A DNA stretch of 64,000 nt from Toensbergia leucococca. Lineage: Eukaryota. The stretch spans positions 1 to 64,000 of the forward strand of contig JALDZS010000041.1 of the NCBI GenBank assembly GCA_022813965.1. The letters run 5' to 3'. Of this stretch, positions 12,404 through 27,129 are shown piece by piece (position 1 is the first letter of the stretch; every line of letters begins with the position of its first letter). The translations under genes were made by a program, and so were the position numbers. A model generated the notes under the pieces. The model saw only the letters and a program-made list of their open reading frames with translations. It searched no databases and had not been told where the DNA came from.

Positions 12404-13619
12404 ATGCCAACAGCCCAGCTCTTGCGACTCGGCGTCTTAAACCAATCATGGAGGATGCACCAATTTCGGTGGCTACATCAGCCGGAGAAGCCCCCTCCTC
12501 TGGATGAACAGCAACCTCAGCGTCCGGCACTGAGACAAGATTTGTCGCTTTTCGACGAGCTTTTCCCGGAGGAGACCAAGAAGACCACCAGTGTCAGGGA
12601 AGTGGTCAAGATCAAAGAACATCATGTCCCTCGTCTACCGCTCCTCGACCTCGATGAAATGGACAAGCGTCATCGGGAAAGCAAAACAGAGCCCAATAGA
12701 GTGACAAGAGCTGCCTCGTTGGATGCCTTCCGCCAAGATAACGTGACTGTGCTTGTACTTAGTAATGCGAGCAAGTCATTGGTGGAGAGCGACTTTCGGT
12801 ATATCGTTCCCCAGGGACAGCACATCGGCGAGTGGAGGGGACCAGGAGATATTATGAAAGGTACAGCCCGGATCGAACCATTTATTGATATGAAACTTAA
12901 CTTGCAAAGTGATACCTGGGCGTGACCCGAACACACTACAGCAACTGGCCCACTACTTTCTTATATTCCCCAATCCCGCCTATGCCCGAGCCTACCAGAA
13001 CCATGCTCTGACTCTTCACCGAATGGCCAAGACCCACACACCAACGTCGATAGAGTCGTCTTTGGCGCCGCCGAAAGGTATGGTTATCAGGGGTAGGGAC
13101 GTCTTCACCTTGTTACAAAATTATAGCCTCGTCCCCCCATCTCAAAACATATCCCTTGTAGTCCGAAGTCCACCCTTTTCGACAAGCATTAGAAACTTAT
13201 TGACCCATGGCGGTTATGCACCACTTACCGGAGCATATGAAAAGACGGGCAAGGCAATCCTATTCTGGGTTGATGGATATCAACCCAGCACGAGTATGGT
13301 GCGGAGTGCAATAAGCAAAAACGAGCGGATTCGAGGCATGACATGGGCTATGGCGCCTGGCGAAGCATCGCTGAAGAAAATTGACACCCCATTGCAAACA
13401 ATGGATGATTCGGAGGAGTCCGAGGTGACAGAAGCGGCAGAGGACTTCGAAACAAAACACCTCCAGCGTAGCCTTTCAAAGTGGATCATCACGTTCGCGA
13501 ATGAGGCTGAGGCGAGAAGATTCACCCGTGCGTGGCATCGAAAGAGTTTCCCTCTACCTGGAGACACGGGAGCGTATGGCGAACCTCATCCGCTCGTCCA
13601 TGCGGAGTTTATGTGGTGA
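12404..13619 (+). CDS. Hypothetical protein, probably mitochondrial (intron 12861-12909)
   Basis: Two long ORFs are joined in frame by a 49-nt GT..AAG intron. The N-terminus is R/L-rich, lacks acidic residues and resembles a presequence. Confidence 0.7.
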
Positions 13620-14795
13620 TGTAAAGGGCCTTTCTTAAGAGGTTGATCGATACTTTTCTGAATTGCCTTCCAGCCATAGAGCGCTAAGGTACAAACCTTG
13701 ATCATATGCTTGTGCTTGCCTTTTCCCACGCTGTTATCACTCCAGTATCGATTCATTTCAATTACCGAACTTCCTCGAATACCGAAATCTCCTGTACTTT
13801 GTTCTCCGGGTCACCATGAAATGATCTCGAACGGTATCATAAGCCAGCTTCACCCAATGCTAGGTCATCCACATCGGTTCCATTTGAAAATTACTACTGA
13901 CATAGATTTAGTGTCACTACCATACATCCTGAAATACACTCGTAGTATTTCCGACTTCGACAGGTACCTCGAGGTCTGCTTGGGACACTTCTAGTCGTCG
14001 AGATTCTCCGGTAAAGCTTTCGGAAACTTAACGCTATGGGTAACTGCAATCTACTAAATGACTATAGTTTGGCTGGGGTCTGACAGAATTTGGTGCTGAT
14101 TCATGTGAAAGCTAGATGGAGCTGGCCTACCTATTTAATCACAGTCTCTATGAAATAGGGATGTCCCATCATATCTCGCAATAAATCTGCATAAGTAGCT
14201 CAGCGTTTCCTAGATTCACCCCTCCGATTAGGGGTACTTCTCCGAGGACTTTGGCAGTGAATCTTAGGGTATCTTTATGAAACGACTGGCCTCACACAGT
14301 GGAAATAAGTTGGCATGTAAAAGACAGGCAGGTAAGAGCTAAAGACAAGCAGCAATTTATTTTGTACAAAGGGATATCGTTCAAACGAGATTGCCCATTG
14401 GGAATTAAACATAGGGTACCTAATAAGAATTGGGGTGGCTGTCTCGAGAATTGTTGCAAGAGTCAAGGTCACATCTCCACTTATAAAGATCAATGCATCG
14501 AGCGCTTACGGAGTAGAGTTGGGTGGTTCCATGCACAAGTCAAGGATATCACAATCAGATGAAGTTAACGACACTAAATGAGGTTTTATTCTTAATACTT
14601 TAGCTCATTACATACTCCGTACCATATTCCAATGTATAATACCATTTGATACATGTACCATCACGAAGAGTCGCCGATGCTAACCAAGAGTGTTTGCATA
14701 ATCATCTACATAGCTACATCACTCTGGGCAATGGTTACACCTATCTCATTATCGCAGTCTTGAACGAGTCTCACACTCTCCTCGGCCTCGCTGCG

Positions 14796-15913
14796 ATGCC
14801 TTCGGAATCTCCCTTACGCGGCCGTTCGCGCTCCCGTCAATCATCCCCCAGATCGCCGTCACCACCCCGTCGGTCAGTATCGCCTCGCTCGCGCTCCCAC
14901 TCGAGAGTCCCAAGTCGGACCCCATCAATTCGCGAAGACCGATACAATAGGCGCAATGGAACCAAACGGGACAGGAGTGCATCCAGAAGTCCATCCAGGA
15001 GCCGAAGTGGTGGAAGAGCCGGCCGACGGGACAAGGACAAGAGTTACACACGTAGCCTGAGCAGAGGCAGTCTACCATTGAAGAGCTCAAAGGTATGCAA
15101 GCTGCAAATGGGGTGACTGAATCATGGACTCAACATCTAATTATCTGTACAGATTGTAGTAGAAAAGCTTACCAAGAACGTGAATGAGAATCATCTTCGC
15201 GAGATCTTTGGTTCTTACGGAGCCATCCGAGATCTAGAGCTCCCCATAAACAGGCAATGTCAGTCTCCTCCGCCCCTCCATGCGCGTCTGCATTTCTGCT
15301 AACAGGCCTTTTAGTCATGACTAATCGTGGTACGGCCTACATTCTTTACACGGAAACAGTGGATGCCGAAAGTGCAATCGCGCACATGCACGAAGCACAG
15401 CTCGATGGTGCTGTAATCAGCGTTTCCATCGTTCTTCCCCGCCGCAAATTCTCACGTTCTCCTCCTCCAGCTCGAAGAGGGGCCCCGAATAATGACCGAT
15501 TCGACACGCGTGGACCACCACCTGGACATTATCGAGGTGGAGGACCACCGCCGCCACCGGCATACGGAGGGCCTGGAGGTGGAGGTGGAGGACGATACCG
15601 CTCACCGCCCCCTCCGAGACGCAATTCGCCTCCGAGAAGATTTGGAGGCAGGCCTCCTCCACGGGAGAGAGACCTCGATACCTACCGACCTCGCTCATAC
15701 TCCCGATCTAGATCTCCGAGGGTGCGATCACGGTCATTCTCATCTCGGTCTCGTAGTCGATCTCCGCCGCGAAGGAATCGAGGACGTCGAGATAGCCCAC
15801 CTCCACCTCCTCGGGGAGGAGGAAGGAGGAGGAGAACTCGAAGTTCTAGCTATAGCAGTTATAGCGATAGAAGTCGAAGCAGGAGTAGAGGAAGATACGG
15901 GAGGGGAAGGTAG
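14796..15913 (+). CDS. RNPS1: RNPS1-like SR-rich RRM protein (3 exons)
   Basis: RS-rich termini flank the RRM IVVEKLTKNVNENHLREIFGSYG..NRGTAYI..HMHEAQLDG. Confidence 0.85.
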
Positions 15914-16704
15914 TGTGAGTTCTATTGGCTATTTTTGGCCGAGATGAGTTCTACGACCGCACTTCGTCGAATTATCATACCTCTGTATTATTATTTCTCT
16001 GCCTCCAAAGTAGAAAGCGCCCAAGAGGCTTGTCGAGAATGGCTATCTGCTTGATAAAGATCACACACATGCGAGACCCTAAATCAAAAGAGGACTTGAG
16101 TTTCCTGGTATTGAAATGTGCAAGTCCTTCTCGAAGGACTCCATCAACCTTCCCTCTCAAGCGCGCCTCGTGCGCAGAGGAGAAAAATGAAATACTCCCA
16201 ACAAGAGAAACCCACAGATCTGCACATGTTATTGAAGCATAGTAGATGCAAACGATCCCAACAAATAAATGATCCGACGCCGAAAGCCCTTTCCCATACC
16301 GCGAATCAATCTAGATTGCGGCCCTCTCCCGATTGTCAATCGATCTAAGAAAAGAACGCTTTCAGTTGTGAAGACGCTCTCCATTTCCCTTGGGCCATGA
16401 TCAAAGTTGGCCTTCCTGCTGGGAGAGTAAAAATTGCTCATTGACCTTGCTGGTGTGGGTTCTGGACCCCTGAAGTGACGATTTCCATCTGCTGGGTGCG
16501 GGAGTGCCTCCAACAGACCAATTTCAGGGGATTCTGGTACACGCAATGCCATCTTTATGAACCATGCAGACTTTGTTTGAGCGGTGCACACGGCGTTCTT
16601 GACGCAGCCGAGATCCGTCCTTGTATTGAATTGGCAGACTTGTCGTAACATTTTTGATTCCATCCCACGCTCGTATGCTCATATCAAAAATACTACAAAT
16701 GCAC

Positions 16705-19700
16705 TCAAAAGAAAGCACACCACCCAATATACATCGATGCCAAACGAAGAGGCTCTGTGGCCTGCTGGATGAGCTCCTCTACATGACCTTCCACAGATAG
16801 CGGTACCGACTCCAAGGGTAACAGTCCTCGCACTTTATTGCGAACAGATTCCAGAACTCCTCTGGGCGTGTCAGGCACGTTGTGGGTATTTTTCTTCTTT
16901 TTGCCAATGAAATCAGTGGTAGGATCGTAAACAAAGGTTTCGAGGATAGTCATCAGTGTGTCTTCATTCTGTCGTAGTATACCGAGAGTCAACTCGCACG
17001 ACTTTCGAAAGGGCCCATGATAGCCATATGCGCCAAAAGCGTCCACCATGTTATGTGTCAATCGAAAAGGGACTAACTCCGGCTTCTCAAAGGTGAGTCC
17101 CTTGTCAAATAGGCAATTGAAATCGACGTGAAAGGTCCCACCGTTGCCCTCTTCAAAGAGGATGTTCTCGCCGTGGCGATCACCAAGTCCGAGCACATGT
17201 CCGACCATGGACATCACAGCACATGATCGAGTGTACCTTAATCTTGCCGCGAACCAAGCACCTGGTTCAGGGAACATTTCGACAAACCACTCATGAAAGA
17301 CTGGGGGGAAGCCGGCGAGGACCTTCTCAATGAAAATTGGAAGCTTACCGGCGCCCGAGATAGCTTCATCAAGTAGCGTCCGAAGCTCCCCATAGTTGAT
17401 GATGATATTTTTCTGCTTATAACTGCTCAGGAGAATTTCACGCAGTGTCTTGAGATTGTCCACCCATTCTATCAATCCACATTCCTCGTTCAGGGGTGTA
17501 ACCGCGTAAGTCTTGATATATAGTCTTCGTTTGCTGGACTCGGCGTCTCGTTTGAGGGACCGGTTGATCATCGCATTAAATTCCATCAGACGCTGATCCT
17601 TGCGTAGGTCATCTTTAGGCTTACACAACAAACTATACACATGACCGTCCGAACCTAGAATGCTGATCTTACGTGGTCGTTGAAGGGAGCTGAGGACGAA
17701 GACGTCGTCACGAAAAGTAGAGATGGTCACAGTGTCTTTTGTGAAAGCCTTGTGTGACTTCATATTCACATTGTCTGTCACTGTTGGCAAGCTAGCGGCT
17801 AAGGTAGCCTCGAGGGGTATAACAAGTCGACATGGAGTGTTTCTGTGGCTGAATCCGAGCTCCTTGATATTGATGATCACCGATTTGCCCTGAACGTCTC
17901 CCTCGCAGACACGTAGCAGTTCAGCAGAGAGTCTCTGACCCCGCGTGACCAACGTTCTCAGCTCGGCCGCCACTGATTCGTTTCTCGCTCTTTTGGAATT
18001 CTCTAGGACCTTGTTCATGCAAGCAGCACCTCTCCGCGCCCTGTCCATCGACGAGGACTTGACGATAGCTAGCAATGTCCAAAGTGCTTGTTGTGGGTGC
18101 GTGAGAACAACCTTTGCCACTATGTCAACAAGGCTTGCATATATTGCTGGACTCGTATGGCAGATGCGGGCGACTATTTGAGAGAGAGCTGTGTAAAATA
18201 CAAAAGCAGGTAGTCTGTCAATGTACTTCTTGAGCTGAGAATTCACAGCCCCTAGAAGCTTGGGCCGCTGCGCAATGACATGCTTGCGGAACTCTTCTTC
18301 AGTACCACACTTCGGATCAAGAGGCTCCTCGGCATTAGATCCCAGCTCCAGCCATAAGGTCAGGATTCGTGGCAGAGTTTGGTATATATACTTCGCTCCG
18401 AAGGCCAACGACCGAAGATAATTTTCGATCACTAGCTTAGCCGTTTCGCCGGTAATGAAAGTCTGCGCCTGCTTCTCCGGAGGCTTTGCTTTCTCCGATT
18501 CCAGAAGCTTGTTGTAATGCTTTCCCAGATAGTAGTGTCCCTTTTCCCATCGATTGTGACATTCGACTGCCATCTTGTACCGGCGGATGATAATGTCAGA
18601 TTGCGTCTGACCTGCCCTATCAATCCACTTGGCTAGCAGCAGGTGCGCTCTCGCCGTCAGTAAGTTCTGATGCTGCTGCCGAGCCTGATCCATCGAAGTT
18701 GTAGACTCATCGTTTTGAGTATAGTCATGAGAGCTGAAGGCATTTGCAGCAATAGCACCTTCTAGGCTCTGGATAGCCTTACGATGTTGGCCTTCTCTCC
18801 ACAGAAGACGGGAATGCTCGATCGTCGCCGACTTATCCCCTAGCTGAGACGCATGGAGGACAGCATTAAAAGCTTGATGTGTGAAGTCGCCCTTTCGTGC
18901 TAGTTTAGCGCTCGTTAACCATGCGGAGGCTATGTCCATATCAGAAAATTTGCATCTGGTACCGTCAGCTGATATACGGGACAACAGCACGGCGAACGTA
19001 CTTGGACAGTTGCATTGCTGCTCGTCGGAGGCCTAGCAGGTATTGTTTGTCAGATAGATAGACTCCGAGCACGTTGAGACGCCGGTTCAAGGACATCATC
19101 AAGGTGGATATTTCTACTTTGTCGGTGTCCTGTACGCCGCTAATGGCCTCAACTTCTGTGATGACATGGAATCGAAGCATGGCATCATGACAGGCCTGCA
19201 AAGATGTCGTGCTTGATGTTGAAAGGCTCCTGGCCGTATCATGTCGAAGCTTGTCCAAGACTACCGTGAACCGGTCGACATGGTTTTGAGACAGCGCCAA
19301 CAATGCCTTGCCAATTCCAACATTGAAATCACCGTCAGATGGACCAGGGTAATTACAGAGGAACTTCTCGAGCTTGTCCCATTTTCCAGTCACCCAGGAA
19401 GCTTCGGTGGCAAATGGTAGAGACAATGAAGCGCTAGCTTGCAAGTGTTGGAACCCTTCAACTTGGTTCAGTAGGACGTCTTTGAGCTCGTCAGCAACGG
19501 AAATGAGCATAGGACAAGCGCTAGACCACTCACCATGTTGACCAGACTCTTTCAGGCTAGTCAGTAGATCGAACTGAACGTTGAGGTCGTTTGGTCTTTC
19601 GGTCAGCAGCAATTCATACCAGCTCTGAGCAGCAGTCCATCGCCCAGCTTTACGATGCTCGAGAATTTGCTGGTCAATGTTCAGAACTTGTAGATGAGAT

Positions 19701-22700
19701 GAGATTCCCTCTATACCATCGGGCTCGTCTATATGGGTGTATATTTCCTGTAGTCTTTCGTACAATGGCTCGAGCCTGCTGTCTTTTTTGTCTTTCTGTT
19801 GCCTGATGTATTGTTCCCAGTGAAAGAGCGCTCGGGCGTACGACCTGCAGTCAACGGCTCGTTGAGATATTACTTCTGCAGGTATCATGGTAAGAACCGT
19901 CTCTACGCTCTGTATTTGTGCAGTGTCCATCTCGTAATCGCTTTCGGATAGTGTTCGCCCATCTCTAATCGCTGTAGTTTTGGAGTCGGCGATTTCTTTT
20001 TTCTTCTCTTGTATCCACCTTGAGAGGTAGTCGAGAACTTGGAAAACGTTCTACAGCCAATGGATGTCAGTGGATTTTGAGGAATAGGCCAATTATATAC
20101 TAACCTGACTACAAAGAATCATGTTTTCCCTCGCCGAGCCACTACCCTCTGGTAATGGACACCTCAGAACGGTGAGCAATTCTCCTCCCACTTCGAGACT
20201 TTGTTGTTCTATTCCGCCCACTATTATGTTCAACGCGGCAAAAGGTAAGAGGAAAGCTGAAATGGAAATGTCTTGTCCGCGTATGACTCGGCTACATACA
20301 GGGAATATCATCTGGGGGTTTTCCCCACAGCCCTTTTGAAGAAGATCAAACACGAGGTTGCGAAGCCATTGCCCATGGCTTATATTCGTGTTGAACAAAG
20401 GGAAGGTACATTTTGGCTGTAGCATCCCCGCCGTTACAATGTATTTGGAAGTGAGGAAAGGTGTCAGGGTATTCCTCACAGACTCGGGAATTGCGACCCA
20501 TCGTCGGTAATTGGCGTTGGATTGAATATCATGGGAACGAAACGTCACCGAAGTGTCGATGTCAGCAAAGTGTAACAACTCTTGCATGGCGTACGCCAGG
20601 AAACCTTGGGCTCTTGTGTTTATCGCAGAGAGAAATGCTTTTACCAAAACCTCTTCGAGGAAAAAAACTACAAAATCAATCGTCTCGTCCGCCTTGGAGA
20701 AATTCGACAACACAAGCATCTCCTTCTTCTCCCTAATTGCCTCGATTCTCGTTGGATCTAAACATCCGATAAGACCTAGGCACCTTGCGCAGAGGACCGA
20801 GATGTCTGCATGGGATTCGTTGAATCGAACACAGGCATCGAGTATGGAACGAGTCAGTTGCGAGACCACAACATCTGGCTGTTCACTTATTGCCGCCTCG
20901 TGTAAGAAGATCTGGTGTTGTGAGAGGAATGCTTCGAGCTCCGTTAGACCACGAGTCACAACGGTGACATTTTCATTTTGACAACGCTGACTGAATGCTT
21001 GGTATTGGTGTTTAACATCCATTTGCGCTTTGAATCTCCCCAGTTCTTCCTCGAATTTGGACATGAGAGGAATCGATGCCAGCGAGGGTATCGTGTTCAC
21101 TATGTCACGTACTAAGGCCGTATGAGACTTTAATAGTTGGCTAACCATGTCGCAAGCTTGCCCTTGCACCTTTGAGCTGAATGACTCCCAATGTTGTGCG
21201 ATGATTGCAAATGTTGGATCCACCAGTGACTCAATGTCTTCTTCGGAAAGTATCTCAATCATGATCATCCAACCTGCAAAAGCTTCGTTGCAAAGCTCCT
21301 TGTTATCAATGGCTGAGCGTAGGCATGCGCAGATCTAGCAGGAAGGTCAGTCGTCATAGAGAGCGCGGCGTATCACAAGTACCTGTGGCAAGCCGTTGCT
21401 AATGTGACTTTTTGCAGTCCTGATCATCTCCCGAATCGCCCCGAGGCATCTCTTTTTCTCCGTGAGAGGCTGAGGACCTTTGCCATCATTGATTGTATCA
21501 GACAGTTGCGCCATTATACCAAGAACGAAGGACTCGAAAAACAGCCCGACAACATCTGCTTTCCTGGCTAAGCCTTTAATTGGCCCACTCTTCCCATGTG
21601 TGAGGCCAGCGAGGAAAAGCAGTGCTTGATGAGCCTTTGAGAATTGATCAGAAAGCCACGATTTCCCCATGCACATAACTGACTTACTTGAGCTCTCTGT
21701 GTATCATTCTCCTCCCCTGCTGTTTTCAGTAACTCTGACGCTGTAAGGATTGGCTCTATCTTTGCCAGCTCTGAGAAATCGATATTATCGAAGTCTGGAG
21801 TAAGGTAAGTAAGCAAAGCCATAATCACGCCTTCCATGTCAGTCGAGGGCCGAAGCAATATGAATGCAATGATTGCAGCCATATTGGTATGCTCCATGCA
21901 AAGCGACCTAATCGAACAGCCGGGGTCGCAGGCGTCTGATATTCTCTGCAGGAGCTCTCGCTTCTTGTTATAGACAAGGAAAGGGATCGTATAGAATTGG
22001 GTTAGACGCAGAAATTCGGGAACAGTCATCGCAAGCAAGTCTGACATCTGTTGCGCAATCTGAGGACGAGACTGTAAATTTCTCACCACTTCCACTGCCA
22101 CAGTACGCCAATAGGGCGTGAAAAGCCGCATCGCTGAGAATGAGGAATGATTACATATTCTTTGGAGCTAACTGTCTTCAGTATCCCTCGTTGTGATACC
22201 GGGCAAGTACTAACCTCATCATATGCTAATCCGCAAATGAGTGGATTCGTATGGCCCAGATATTCCACAAGCCGAAGCAGGACGATGTTTGTCTCAACGT
22301 CATTGGAGACACTGTTTTCGAAGTCATTTGAGAACTGTCGTCTGTAGAGGTGGTAAGAAACTCACTGTAAAATCTGTCCCCAAGCTAATATACAAGTCTC
22401 TTGTAACGGAAGTTCACTTTTCTCAGAAATAGCACGCAAGGAAGCCAAGGCCAGAACACAGTTGCTACGTAGAATGCCCTCATCAATATCATTTTGTAGA
22501 AACATCGGCAAAGTACGTCTGGAGCCTCGTTAGCAAGCATGGGATTGCACAAGTTCTTTGGTCAACCAACCCAGCGGCAATACGCAATTCGCGCATTGAG
22601 CTGCGTAATGCTCGTAAACACCACTGTCCAAACGCGGAAGTATTCAGATCTAAGTAAGTAACATCTTTAGTATGTGAAAGAAGCCTTTTAATTGCTGCCA

Positions 22701-24706
22701 TAGCAGCAACACGAGGCCCTGTCGCCCTTTGCAAATGCTGCATTTTGACTAATTTGGCAGCAACTAAGAACAGCTCTTCAGAATCTGAGCCTTCCCAAGT
22801 CTCTTTTGAAAGCCGTCGCGCCTGTGGAACGTCACATACCGAGCATTGCCATAGAGAATGCATTTTGTCATTTCCAGCCAGAGGGCTCGATAGACCTCGT
22901 GCTCCTGCGCAAGCCATTTGACCAAAGACGGCATATACTGAACATTGGTCATCATCCGATAAATTTGAATAGTAGGTCCTATTCACGTAAGTATTTGATG
23001 TCCAGCGTATGGGGTTCATTGTTGCATACACGGCAATATGACGGAGACCATGGAGGTCGGTGGCTTTTGGGGATCCCAAAAGGCCATATAACCTTTCAAC
23101 CAGTTCAGACCAGACATCAATGCCTGCACTAGATCCGTCCGTGAGAGAGAGGCGCGGCCTCTTACTAGGTCTATCAACATCGGTGCTTTGGCTTATTGAT
23201 TCGCCAAGATGGAGATGCTTGTGATACGCTTGTTGTAGAACAGGATCTTGAAACGAGGCATTTTGACCACAATACCTTGCTCGATAAATATCACTGTTTT
23301 CATGGCCGAGAAAATCAAGTGCCAAAGATATTGCAAGCTATTAGGCTATGAGTACGACGTCAATATCAAAATTAAAGCATTGTTACATACCTGAAGGTCA
23401 TGGCCCGAACCATCAAAACCATTGCAGTCATCTCTCATACCATGGAGAGCAGGCAATAAGTGCTCGTGGAAACTCTCCAATACAGATAATGATTTTTGTA
23501 AGGGGAAAGCCAAATCAAAAAGACTAAGACAAAGCGTACGCCTTAGAGTAGGTACTAAGAGATCTGGACCAAGACGTAAAGCAGCTCCTGTTATATGACA
23601 TAAGAGGATTGCTGTACTAGACGTCGTAAGTAGCTCATTTATAAGCCCGATAGTGTAGGAGAGATAGTGACGAAGCGTGTCAAGCAGGAGTACCAGAAAA
23701 TTAGTTGGAACTTGATCTATCTTCATGAGCGTTCCTCCAAGCGTTACTTTGTGCCACAAGCGTGTGAAGCACTCCGTCACCCAAGCATGGTCAGAAAAAG
23801 TTAAATCTTTGTTCCGCATCCATGTTGACCCAGTCGGCAAAGGGGTCACTAGTGTTGATAGAAGGTGGAGCAAAATTGAAACCCCTTTTGATGACCCTTT
23901 GATGTTGATTTGTAGAATCGTCTGTAGATCTGAGGCCTGTAATTGTCTTGGGCAAACATCTGAAATAGTCTCCAGCGTTGGAATGGTGAGATTCAGGATA
24001 CCATGACCAACATCATGATCAAATCCATACGTTTCAAAAAACACGAGGAGGTCTTTTTCGCGCACATTAGTCGCTTTCCATCTCTAAACAATCCAGAAAT
24101 CCGTAAAGACCAACCTTTCACGCAGCCCTGAACATATCTCACAATCGACCGAAGCCTTAAGCCCGGGCTCGGCACCCTCTTCTGCGCAATCAGAGCTGTC
24201 CGAAAGATTTGGAGAACGCCCAGGCGCACTCTGCTGTCTCCGTTAAAATCTAACATATTCAAAAGTCGAGGGATGAGCCACAAAAACAACGGGCCGCTAG
24301 GCTTGAATTTGGGATCTCGCTCTTGAGGGAAGAAAAACAAAACATCTGGGGAACGTCTTATGGTCAAGTCAATGACGGCAAGGCAGTTTAAAACCTGACT
24401 GATTGAATCATTTAGTAGCTCAAATGGATTGTCCTGCGGTAAGGCCTCAAGCCCTGCCCGGACAACAACATAAATAAGCCTGTAGTTCACATTGATATCT
24501 GTCTCGACTGCTTCAGCGTATTGTCCATCCTTGCCACCAGTACCAAGGATCTCTAATAGTAGCAGGCGAAAGCTTTCTTGGTCGTCAGGTTTTGATTGTT
24601 GATTGCTCTTAGTTAAGTTATCAACAATTTGGGCGGCGAATGTGGATGGCGGTATGTCCCCAATATTCTGTAGTCCCAATACCGGTCTCACCGCCATAGG
24701 ACCCAT
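16705..24706 (-). CDS. MEC1: ATR/Mec1/Rad3 PIKK checkpoint kinase (about 12 exons)
   Basis: FAT region, kinase motifs CKPKDDLRKDQRLMEF, GLGDRHGENIL and HVDFNCLFDKG, and FATC end MYIGWCAFF. The exons join through GT-AG introns. Confidence 0.95.
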
Positions 24707-25046
24707 AGCTGGTTATAATTACATGTTGGTGCTTTGAATGACTCCCAAATCAAGGAGACCTTTATTTTATGTTGTGTACGGAGTATTGCAGTATGTGTTT
24801 AGGTATTATTTATATCGTAACAAACACTAGAGTAACTTACAACAATTACTCTACCTAGTTCTACTACCCGGATTTTTCGTGTAGTGGAGTAAATGCAATC
24901 ATGCCAGAGGTATCATGATTAACTCATTCTATTCGCCACAACACATCAGTAAAGGTGGAAATGTCTGTGACAAACCAAATGAGATGATTAATGAGTGATT
25001 TTATTTGCACTATTACTTGCGGCATTTTGTTTCACACGTTTCAACC

Positions 25047-25822
25047 ATGGATGTGACTGATGGTCCGAACCTTTCACCTACAGAAAAGAGGAAGTGTCAT
25101 TTCATGCGGGAAGCTCTGATCTTGGTGGGCAAACTAAGAATTCATTCCTTTATTATCTGTGCTGAATTCTTAGGCTGAGAGTGCTTTGGCAAATGATGAA
25201 ACACCTGTTGGCTGTGTTTTTGTGTACCAAAATCGGATCATCGGCCGAGGGATGAATGGCACGAATAGGTCTTTGAATGTGGGATTGTGAACATCAGACT
25301 GTGCATGAACATTTTGCCCACTGACACACTACCAAGGGCACTAGGCATGCTGAGTTCCAAGCTATCAGCGAGATACTCAGAATCAACCCTCCCTCTGTAT
25401 TTTACGAAACCGATCTATATGTGACGGTAGAACCTTGCATTATGTGCGCATCAGCACTACGCCAGTATGGGATAAGATCAGTACTCTATGGTTGTGCTAA
25501 CGATCGATTTGGAGGCACTGGGGGAGTACTCTCGATTCACTCCAAGTAAGTTCCAAGCTTCCAAGCCTACCCTAGAGCCAGCACTGGAAGGTAAGCAGTC
25601 CCAGTGTAGACCCACCTTATCCGGCTTACGGAGGGCTATTTCGCGAAGAGGCTATCATGTTACTGCGGCGATTCTATGTCCAGGAAAATGAAAAGGGTAT
25701 GCACACTTGGATCTCAGGACGCTGGATCGCATATTGAACATCTTCTAGCACCAAATCCACAAGCAAAAAAGCGCCGTGAACTCAACATGGACGTCGCTGC
25801 AGTCAGCTTGCCTGAACAATGA
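25047..25822 (+). CDS. TAD2: tRNA adenosine-34 deaminase subunit (5 short exons, missed by the ORF track)
   Basis: The spliced product has ETPVGCVFV, GTRHAEF, YVTVEPCIMCASAL, NDRFGG and EAIMLLRRFYVQENEKAP. Confidence 0.93.
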
Positions 25823-26073
25823 GGAAATTTATGATCGGTCATTCTCAATATTTAAGGGTGCATTATGGAATTCGGGCTCTCCCCTCGTAGGTAATGCAGT
25901 AGGAGGTCGGGAAGGCCGTATTCCCACAGAGACGTATGTCTCTTCGACGTCTGGCATGAACGTAGAACACGGAGAAAACAGGCCCGCTCTGAATTCAGGT
26001 GGTATAGCACTTTACATACAATCGTTCATCACAAAGCAAACATGAAGAATGCCGCCAGAGCAGAGGTTGCTCT

Positions 26074-26859
26074 TCAAGCGCTTCCTGATCGTTCTGCTTC
26101 CAGTTCTCTCTCTGCTTGCTGGTAGTACTTGGCTGTGTCAACGCCATGCTACTTGACTGTTAGCGACACGATACACGGCTTATTTGCAAGAATGGCAGCA
26201 TACTTGCTGGTGGTTGACAAAGTTGAACCAAGGGAGCACGTGGAGAAAGACGCCAGAGTATCTGGAGTTCCTCGAAGCCACTCCTTGCATGTACGTTGAT
26301 AGACTCGACTTTCCATATAGAGATTGGCCCTTCTTTACTTTATCCACCATTTCCCGCATGTCCATGTCAACCTCCCGCTTGTTCTCTCTGAGTCCATAAA
26401 ATCGGACTTCCCATCAAAAGCGAGCACCGTCAGCGCTTGACACTGCAGATGGATCATCCAGGGGGACATACTAATTGACCGCGAGTAAAATATAATGAAT
26501 CCACCTGTGATAGAAATGGCCCCTGTGAGACGCATAATGGACGCGAAGCCACCACGGCCAACATATGATGGGGCAATTTTCTCCCACAACAACATCAGTC
26601 CAGGGCCACAGGCAGCCGATATGCCTCCGTCCAAATAATCTGAGGTTCGGGCATATTTTATGACTCTTTTAAAGTGTCTGATGGACGGTCAGAGAGTACC
26701 GAGGTACGTGAGTAAGTAAGGGAACAAGCACGTACGGGTCACTGTCGATCAGCTATTTATCACCAATTAGCTGTGAACAAGGCATGTGTAGAGCGTACGC
26801 ACTGGCCAGGGCGAATTCAACTGCCTTGCCGGCACATAAGGTCGCTCTACATCCGTCAT
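26074..26859 (-). CDS. NUXM: NADH:ubiquinone oxidoreductase ~21 kDa accessory subunit (5 exons, including a 17-nt exon)
   Basis: PLIDSDPHFKRVI, RFYGLRENKREVDMDMREM and LPWFNFVNHQQHGVDTAKYY. Confidence 0.9.
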
Positions 26860-27032
26860 GGTGGACACAGTCAGAAAAGGCTCCTTTGTGAAGTGGCCCG
26901 TAGCCTTAGGATGAGATGATGTGAAGTTAGAGCTGGGTTCGACTTGAAGTATTCTATTGTAAAATTACGTTACCCAGGTACCGCTACTCTATTCTAGATA
27001 AAATACAGTCATTCTAGATGGCGAGAGTGGGC

Positions 27033-27063
27033 AGTCGCGTCTCACCATCTCAAAAACGCGACT
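27033..27063. promoter_or_regulatory. Inverted pair of MCB/SCB-like CGCG elements upstream of CSM3
   Basis: AGTCGCGT (27033-40) and ACGCGACT (27056-63) are exact reverse complements, about 70-100 bp before the CSM3 ATG. Confidence 0.5.
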
Positions 27064-27129
27064 AGAAAGGCAGCCCAAGGTAGAGTAGAGACGAGCGTAG
27101 CTTTTGAGCGCATAGCAACGCTGAAAACT

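Noticed and set aside
13620..14795. Short ORFs in the 1.2-kb spacer before RNPS1
   Set aside because: No protein-like features or splice support.
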